NCBI GenBank assembly: GCA_965263295.1 | Contig: OZ253665.1 | Location: 1,280,001-1,344,000 of the forward strand | Length of the DNA: 64,000 nt | DNA from: Spirochaetia bacterium | GTDB taxonomy: Bacteria; Spirochaetota; Spirochaetia; SP-2023 | Reading direction: 5' to 3' | In this document: positions 57,816 through 64,000 of the stretch, one piece after another | How the letters are laid out: each line of letters opens with the position of its first letter | Position numbering within the stretch: position 1 is the first letter of the stretch | Notes under the pieces: model-generated | Databases searched by the model: none | Seen by the model: the letters and a program-made list of their open reading frames with translations, nothing else | Told to the model about the DNA's origin: nothing | Position numbers and translations under genes: made by a program

Positions 57816-59699
57816 TTAAAAGTTACTAGCTTCAAGGATCAGCCCATCGTCATATTCAGCAAAGCGCTTTTCTGCCAAAAAGCGTCTGATCTTATGCGTC
57901 GTCGTCATATCCAATGGCAGCAACACGAAACGGACTCGATCTATCTTCTGATATGGCAAAAGTCTATTGTTAATACTTTTAATCTCAGACAACATTCTTT
58001 GCTTTAAATTTTCGTCGATAACTTCGCAAAACTTCTCAACCCCAAATCGAAGAAACTTTTCTGGATCGGCTTGTATCTGCTCTAACCAAGATTGCTCTAA
58101 CTCAGGGTAGACCACTAGTTCAAGTTTCTCGGTATCATCTGCATTATAGCCATGAACCATAACCTGTTCAAAGTGACTGCAAAACTGAAATAATTCTTCA
58201 ATTTCTTCTGGATAAATATTTTTTCCACCTGAAGTGACAATTACATTTTTACAACGGCCGGTAAGATAAAAAAAACCTTCGGCATCAAAATAGCCGATAT
58301 CACCTGTACGCAAGTAACCGTCTGGCGTAAAAACTTCGGCAGTAGCTTCTGCATTTTTATAATAACCTAACATTTTGTTCGGGCCATCAATGCACAGTTC
58401 CCCGACCGGATAACCTTCCTCTGTATTTGCAACTTGGCTCAATTCCGCCGGCATTTCCAGTCGCCCCTCAATCAGAGGCAACAATTTACCCACAGAGCGG
58501 AGCTCTGATGTTCCCGCAGGATTCAGGGTGACTATAGGGGACGCCTCAGTCAGACCGTAACCCTGTATAAAGTTTAGGCCCAACTGACGGTATTTCTCTC
58601 CCACCTCTGTCATCAATGCCCCAGCACCACAGATCAATATGCGAATATGATCAAAACCTATCGCCTTTAACACTCTTGCAAAGAATTTAGAGCCTATAGA
58701 CCATCCCATATAGTCTGCCACACCAGAGATTTTCAGCATCAAATAAAACCAGGTGCGCTTCACAAAATTCTGTGAACGCACCCGGCGTAAAATACCATTT
58801 AAAATCTTTTTGAACAACAGTGGTATACCCATGAATACTGTCACCTGGCCATCTTTCAAATCCTGCAAAATTTGCTGGACGGCCATACCACGGGGAAAAA
58901 TAACTTCACTGCCATGACTAAGACCTCCCAGAAATACGGCTGTCATGGGGTATGAATGATGCATCGGCAACAATAAATATATCCGATCACTGCTTAGAAT
59001 TTCTTGTAACCCGGGATACACACATTGAATTACATTGCTGGTTAAATTCGCATGGCTGAGCATAGCAATCTTCTCGTCACCTGTCGTACCCGATGTCGTC
59101 AATAGGGCCGCCAGATCATCACAATGTATCTGAACGATTGATCGCAGGTCGCCACTTACTTTGTATCTGTACGGCCTTAACAAATCCCAGAGGTTTTCCC
59201 AACTCTTACCCTGTGTATTTATTTTTCCTTGCAGCAAATACTTGCGATACATACTAGCACTGGATTCAAGCGCCCCCAGTCTCTGCAGTAGATCACCGTC
59301 CATAAAGACCAGTTTTGTCTTTGTAAATTCTATGATATGCTTGTGAAACTCTGCGCTGCTTCTGGCATCCAAGGGCACGACAACACATCCAGCACAAAGA
59401 GCGGCCAAATAAGTAATTCCCCACTCCGGACTATTTTTGCCAGAAATAACAATCCTATCGCCAGCTCCTAAACCTAAATCTTTTAGGGTAAGAGCCAAGG
59501 CCTCTACATATTCAGCGAGCTGCTTATAGCTTATACTGCTACGTTGATTCACCACAAAATTGGTAAAAGCATTGTTCTCCCCATATCGCTCCACGGTATA
59601 TTGGAGAACTTCTGGGATTGTAGGCCATACATTGGCAAAATTCTTGCCACGTAGACTCTGAATTTCAAAGTACTGCCAATTAGGATTGTCCCAATTCAT
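57816..59699 (-). CDS. Long-chain fatty acid-CoA ligase-like AMP-binding protein
   Basis: TTSGTTGDEK, QGYGLTEASP, GYLRTGDIG, TGRCKNVIVTSGGKNIYPEEIE, TTTHKIRR. Confidence 0.88.
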   Translation of the reverse strand: MNWDNPNWQYFEIQSLRGKNFANVWPTIPEVLQYTVERYGENNAFTNFVVNQRSSISYKQLAEYVEALALTLKDLGLGAGDRIVISGKNSPEWGITYLAALCAGCVVVPLDARSSAEFHKHIIEFTKTKLVFMDGDLLQRLGALESSASMYRKYLLQGKINTQGKSWENLWDLLRPYRYKVSGDLRSIVQIHCDDLAALLTTSGTTGDEKIAMLSHANLTSNVIQCVYPGLQEILSSDRIYLLLPMHHSYPMTAVFLGGLSHGSEVIFPRGMAVQQILQDLKDGQVTVFMGIPLLFKKILNGILRRVRSQNFVKRTWFYLMLKISGVADYMGWSIGSKFFARVLKAIGFDHIRILICGAGALMTEVGEKYRQLGLNFIQGYGLTEASPIVTLNPAGTSELRSVGKLLPLIEGRLEMPAELSQVANTEEGYPVGELCIDGPNKMLGYYKNAEATAEVFTPDGYLRTGDIGYFDAEGFFYLTGRCKNVIVTSGGKNIYPEEIEELFQFCSHFEQVMVHGYNADDTEKLELVVYPELEQSWLEQIQADPEKFLRFGVEKFCEVIDENLKQRMLSEIKSINNRLLPYQKIDRVRFVLLPLDMTTTHKIRRFLAEKRFAEYDDGLILEASNF

Positions 59700-59742
59700 G
59701 ATAACCTTCCGTTACACAATATTTAACTAATATTAAATACGG

Positions 59743-60336
59743 TCATTCTGCCAGTAATTTCTCCAGCGCAGCTACTACATTATCGTTCCGCCAGTCAATA
59801 CTGCCAACAGCCAATGCAACAATATAACCACTTTTATTGACAATCAGTGTCGCCGGCAGACCTTGAACACCATACTGATAAGTATTCAAGCCATTTGGGT
59901 CTAATAAAACTGGGAATGTATACTTATATTTTTCAATATAGTTTCCAACTGTTGCACGATCTTCTCCCGAATTGACGGCCAACCAAACTAGCCCTTGACT
60001 CTTCAGTTTCTGATGTAACGATTCAATAGAAGGCATCTCAGCGCGACATGGCGCACACCATGTCGCCCAAAAATTAATGACTACAACTTTATTGCGAAAA
60101 TCGGATAAAGTAAGTTCACGACGATCCTGCAAGCTTTCCAGCTCAAAGTCTAAAGCCTTGACCCTCTTATCGACAGGCAAGACGTGAATCCCCGCCGAAC
60201 TCAAACTGCTGAGATCAAGATTATCTGACCTCTCGTTACCATAGAGTTGCGCCATTCCTTCAAGGCACTCAAATATGAGAATACCTAAAAGCAATAAATG
60301 TAGCATCCGACTCTGTTTCAATATAATGGCAAGCAT
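59743..60336 (-). CDS. TlpA/ResA family thiol-disulfide oxidoreductase
   Basis: VVINFWATWCAPCRAEMP; YGVQGLPAT. Confidence 0.92.
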   Translation of the reverse strand: MLAIILKQSRMLHLLLLGILIFECLEGMAQLYGNERSDNLDLSSLSSAGIHVLPVDKRVKALDFELESLQDRRELTLSDFRNKVVVINFWATWCAPCRAEMPSIESLHQKLKSQGLVWLAVNSGEDRATVGNYIEKYKYTFPVLLDPNGLNTYQYGVQGLPATLIVNKSGYIVALAVGSIDWRNDNVVAALEKLLAE

Positions 60337-60460
60337 ATCCTACCTCTTTGTATTTAAGATATAATATCAGGAAAAGCGATTTTTTACATTTATCCCTATA
60401 ACTAAAAATCTCGCCATTTTGCTTGTTAAATAATAGGCAAAAATAGTATCGACCTGCTTT

Positions 60461-62407
60461 TTATGGGAATAGACTGAGCAAGCCAGTCGATAACCAAGGG
60501 ACATAAGTCACAAGCAAAACAAAAACTAGAGAAATAAGAAAAAACGGAACTACATATTTATAAACTTTTAGCAGGGGAATTTGAAAACGATAGGAGGCCA
60601 AAAATAGAGAAAGCCCTATCGGTGGAGTAATATATCCTAATTCTAGATTCGATAGAAAAATGATACCTAGTTGCTCGGCGGGGACTGAGAAAGACTCGCT
60701 TAAAGAACTGATTAAGGGGGCGACAATGTAAATGGCTGAAAAGATATCCAGAAAACAGCCAGTGAATAGCAGAACAATATTGATTAAAAGCAAGAAGCCA
60801 AGTGAACTTTCGACATGATTGGCAATATAGTTCTGCAAAAAACCATGAAAATTGAAGAACACAAAATGATCTGAATATGAGCGTGCAAAACCAATAACTA
60901 TTAAAATACCGCCCATAGTTGCCACTGAATTCAGAGCAATTGGCAACAGACGTTTAATGCTGAAGTCGCGGTGAATCAGCAAATTTAAGACCATTGCATA
61001 GCATACAGTAAGAGCACTAATCTCCCTAGCTGTCACTTTGAAATAGAAATAAGCTAGAAAAATAAACAAAGGTAAAAGTAGCTCGCCGGCCGCCATCCAT
61101 GATTTATGCAGCAAAGACTTTAGACTGGGATTCAGAATTACCGGCTTAGTCGATTTCTTACGTGCTTGTACGATAACCAACACACAAAGAACAACAGTCA
61201 TAATAATACCCGGCAAGAACCCGGCTAAAAACAGATTTCTGATACTGACCCCAACTTTTGTGCCATAGATAATAATAGGTAAACTGGGAGGAAACAAAAG
61301 GCCTATGCTGCTACAGGTCGTCAAAAGACCTATGCTAAAACTGCTACTGTAGCCGGCCTTCTTCATTATATTGTACAATAGGCCACCAAGGGCCAGGATG
61401 GTCACTCCGGAAGCGCCGGTAACAACAGTAAAAAATGTACTGGTAATAATAACAACAATACCTATTCCACCGGGCAAATTACGATATAGATGTTGAAAAA
61501 AGTCAACTAGGCGGTTGCTTGATTTACCTTCGGAAAGGATAAAGCCTGCCAAGGCAAATAACGGCAAAGAATTTAAATTCCCTTCTCCCGTAAACAAGGT
61601 GTAAAATGCATTGGGTATCAACTCAACTTGACTAAAATTAAGATTAAACAGGACATAGCTAACCCCCGCCAAAGTCAGAAAAATTGGGAAGCCCAATAAA
61701 AACAAGAGCAATGTAAAGCCAATAAGCCAGGGGCCAATCTTAGCAAACAGTAAAAATTGCTTTTCCTCCAAGGCAAAAAGCTTCTCTTGCTCTGCAAATG
61801 GCAGGTCGAAATCATTTATATAGTAATGAAGGATTGAAACTCGCGAGAGCTGCCAAGCAAGGGCGATACCAGCTAAAACCAGGACAACTTGCAGACATAA
61901 TCCCAGCAATGCTTGCTCGGAGATATCCAGCGGGTTACTTAGCATTAAACGCAAGATGAACAAGCCTATGGTTACTGGAAACACATATAAAACTGGGCGG
62001 AGCGCAACTCTTCCCACCAATTCATTGGGGTCAAAGCTCTGCAAAAAAACCCAAGAGGCAATTCCTAGCATTAGTAAAATCATTGTGGCCCAGAGCAACT
62101 TGACAGCGCTCAGTATCTGCTGCAAGCGAAGTGGCAAGTGGATATTAATTATCGAGAGTCCCAGGTGCATGTGTTGGCGCTGTGCATATAGACCCGCGCT
62201 CAAGGCTAATACAAATAACAAGTGGCCAGAATAAAACTCAGAACCGTAGAGCCCAGGCATGTGGAAAAAATTACGTAAAATGATTTCCAATAGAGGCAAG
62301 ATCAATAACGACGAAATTACGACTATATTGCCTAAATCTTCCAAGCGTCGAAGCCATTTGAACACCGGGACAGTCCAGCTTACGGCACTTAAATTTCCGA
62401 CAGGCAT
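60461..62407 (-). CDS. TRAP transporter fused small/large permease (DctQM)
   Basis: LPLFALAG, TGASGVTILALGGL, SSIGLLFPPSLPIIIYG, GCFLDIFSA, NLELGYITPPIGLSLF; N-terminal DctQ-like region. Confidence 0.92.
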   Translation of the reverse strand: MPVGNLSAVSWTVPVFKWLRRLEDLGNIVVISSLLILPLLEIILRNFFHMPGLYGSEFYSGHLLFVLALSAGLYAQRQHMHLGLSIINIHLPLRLQQILSAVKLLWATMILLMLGIASWVFLQSFDPNELVGRVALRPVLYVFPVTIGLFILRLMLSNPLDISEQALLGLCLQVVLVLAGIALAWQLSRVSILHYYINDFDLPFAEQEKLFALEEKQFLLFAKIGPWLIGFTLLLFLLGFPIFLTLAGVSYVLFNLNFSQVELIPNAFYTLFTGEGNLNSLPLFALAGFILSEGKSSNRLVDFFQHLYRNLPGGIGIVVIITSTFFTVVTGASGVTILALGGLLYNIMKKAGYSSSFSIGLLTTCSSIGLLFPPSLPIIIYGTKVGVSIRNLFLAGFLPGIIMTVVLCVLVIVQARKKSTKPVILNPSLKSLLHKSWMAAGELLLPLFIFLAYFYFKVTAREISALTVCYAMVLNLLIHRDFSIKRLLPIALNSVATMGGILIVIGFARSYSDHFVFFNFHGFLQNYIANHVESSLGFLLLINIVLLFTGCFLDIFSAIYIVAPLISSLSESFSVPAEQLGIIFLSNLELGYITPPIGLSLFLASYRFQIPLLKVYKYVVPFFLISLVFVLLVTYVPWLSTGLLSLFP

Positions 62408-62491
62408 ACGCTGTCCTCCTTTCTTTGTAACGCTGATTCTGCGCGTTGTAATAACAGCCTTTTAGTCGCCAAATGAAAAATAGAGAAAAGG

Positions 62492-63511
62492 TTAACGCGC
62501 CTGAATGATCTGCTGAGCCCTTTGATATAGATCGTTAGAAATTGTATGATGGGGGCCAATAACCTGTGGGTATCCCTTGCTGTTAAATGCATCTTGCCAA
62601 GCTTGCTCTTCACTTTCACTCGGCATATAAACTTTCAAACCGTTTTCTTCCATCACTTCCAAAGCCTTCGCATCCTGTTCCTGAGCCACACCAGAGAAGT
62701 CGCGAATCATTTTGTCCATTTCCTGCTGGATAACCGCTTGATCTGCAGAACTAATCCTGTTCCATATCCGAGTAGATATCAATACACCTCCCAATAGAGG
62801 TGCCACCTTTGAGTAAACCATATGCGGGGCAAAAGCAAACCATTGATAGGCAAGAGCCCCGATTGGTGTCGAATAAAAGCCTGTTAAAAGGCCATTTTGT
62901 AAAGAGACAAATGTATCAGAAAAGCTTACTGTGCTTACACGAAAACCTAAAGACTGCCATGCTGCCTGTAACTCTGGCTCCGATGGACTAATCCCCAAGC
63001 GAACATTGTTCACCTGATCGGGTGTACGGATATCATCCTTGTAAAACATATACACCCATCCCGAAAAGGCCCAGCCCAGAACTTTATAACCATTTTTAGC
63101 AAAGGATTTATTGAAGTCTGGCACCAGCTCTTGCATTACTTTCTCTAAATCTTCTTGGGTTTTAATAAAATATGGCAAGCTGAATACGAGAGTCTCAGGC
63201 ACTACAGATTTCAAGGCAATAGCCGTAAATATACCCGCATCTACAGAGCCTAAGCGCATTTTACGCAGCACTTCAGACTCGTCACCAGCCAAACCATTGC
63301 CGTAGACACGCACGCGCACACGGCCGTTGACCAACTTTTCAATGCGTTCAATCCCCGCATATAAGGCATCATTCCAAGGGGTGTTATCTGGAGTAAGAGT
63401 GGCAAGCTTAATCGTTATCTGCGCTTGTAAATTTGCAATTCCGCACAGCGAGACGAAGGCGAGCAGCAAACTTGAGCCAATTCGACGGCTCTTTCGTAAC
63501 AGGAAATTCAT
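62492..63511 (-). CDS. TRAP substrate-binding protein DctP (TatP-type)
   Basis: IKLATLTPDNTPW, GDESEVLRKMRLG, SLQNGLL. Confidence 0.9.
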   Translation of the reverse strand: MNFLLRKSRRIGSSLLLAFVSLCGIANLQAQITIKLATLTPDNTPWNDALYAGIERIEKLVNGRVRVRVYGNGLAGDESEVLRKMRLGSVDAGIFTAIALKSVVPETLVFSLPYFIKTQEDLEKVMQELVPDFNKSFAKNGYKVLGWAFSGWVYMFYKDDIRTPDQVNNVRLGISPSEPELQAAWQSLGFRVSTVSFSDTFVSLQNGLLTGFYSTPIGALAYQWFAFAPHMVYSKVAPLLGGVLISTRIWNRISSADQAVIQQEMDKMIRDFSGVAQEQDAKALEVMEENGLKVYMPSESEEQAWQDAFNSKGYPQVIGPHHTISNDLYQRAQQIIQAR

Positions 63512-63522
63512 CGACCCCTCTC

Positions 63523-64000
63523 CTAAAGGAAAAATTCTTCGGTCTTTTCGAGCAGGCGCTTTGCCTGCTGCTGATAAATTAAAATTGTCAGACGATTGGA
63601 AATATTCTCTTCAGCCTTAATAGCCAAAGCCCTTTTAAGGTAATCCTCAAAAAGTCTCTTGTCCTCCTGCGGGTTCTCCTGATTAGCCTTGATCCAGTTC
63701 GCCATGGCGACATACAGACTGGGATCTTGCCCTTCCGAGAGCCGCAGGCTCTCTTTAAAGTGATATTTGACAATGGCCCTGCGACTAGTAGAATCAATGC
63801 CTCGGCTACGGTAGTAATTTTCAAAAAAGGGCTTTACCAGTCCCAGGCTATGATTCATGGCCTCAACAATCTGCGAAGGCGGCAGAGATCCCATAACCGT
63901 AACCATGGAAGTATGCAAGCTGCCGTATCCATATTCAGGGTCAATCTGCATGGACCGCCACAACATTAATATCGGCCGTGCAACAGTCGTCAGCAACTCA
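63523..64000 (-). CDS. TRAP-associated T component (TatT-like), 5'-partial
   Basis: Helical TPR-like C-terminus (IDPEYGYGSLH...HFKESLRLSEGQDPSLYV...FEDYLKRAL...QQQAKRLL...FFL) directly upstream of dctP; runs off the right edge. Confidence 0.75.
   Translation of the reverse strand, partial: ELLTTVARPILMLWRSMQIDPEYGYGSLHTSMVTVMGSLPPSQIVEAMNHSLGLVKPFFENYYRSRGIDSTSRRAIVKYHFKESLRLSEGQDPSLYVAMANWIKANQENPQEDKRLFEDYLKRALAIKAEENISNRLTILIYQQQAKRLLEKTEEFFL

Overview
This is a gene-dense bacterial chromosomal segment, most likely from a spirochaete. That assignment is an inference from a TatT/TatP/TatQM TPAT locus, a long FliD, a DksA, a uridine kinase with a long N-terminal extension and a HEAT-like exported protein. 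It is mostly housekeeping and metabolic genes: nadA-nadB-nadC, a DAHP synthase, a tripartite RND pump, mfd, dksA, an isocitrate/isopropylmalate-family dehydrogenase, ackA, fliD, htpG, a Tas-like aldo-keto reductase, crcB, purB, radC, proB, proC and an acyl-CoA ligase. Three accessory patches stand out. (1) At 2.8-7.3 kb, a NitT/TauT-type ABC importer, two cupins and a DUF364-like gene follow a promoter with a Fur-box-like site. (2) At 21-28.5 kb, a compositionally mixed transporter patch includes an ArsR/SmtB-like operator, an AT-rich orphan and a frameshifted GrpB gene. (3) At 42.8-43.7 kb, a one-gene islet is bracketed by a perfect 98-bp duplication of the htpG 3' end, with no integrase in the window. 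I found no rRNA, tRNA, CRISPR array, transposase or integrase. All family assignments come from motif recognition by eye, not from database searches.
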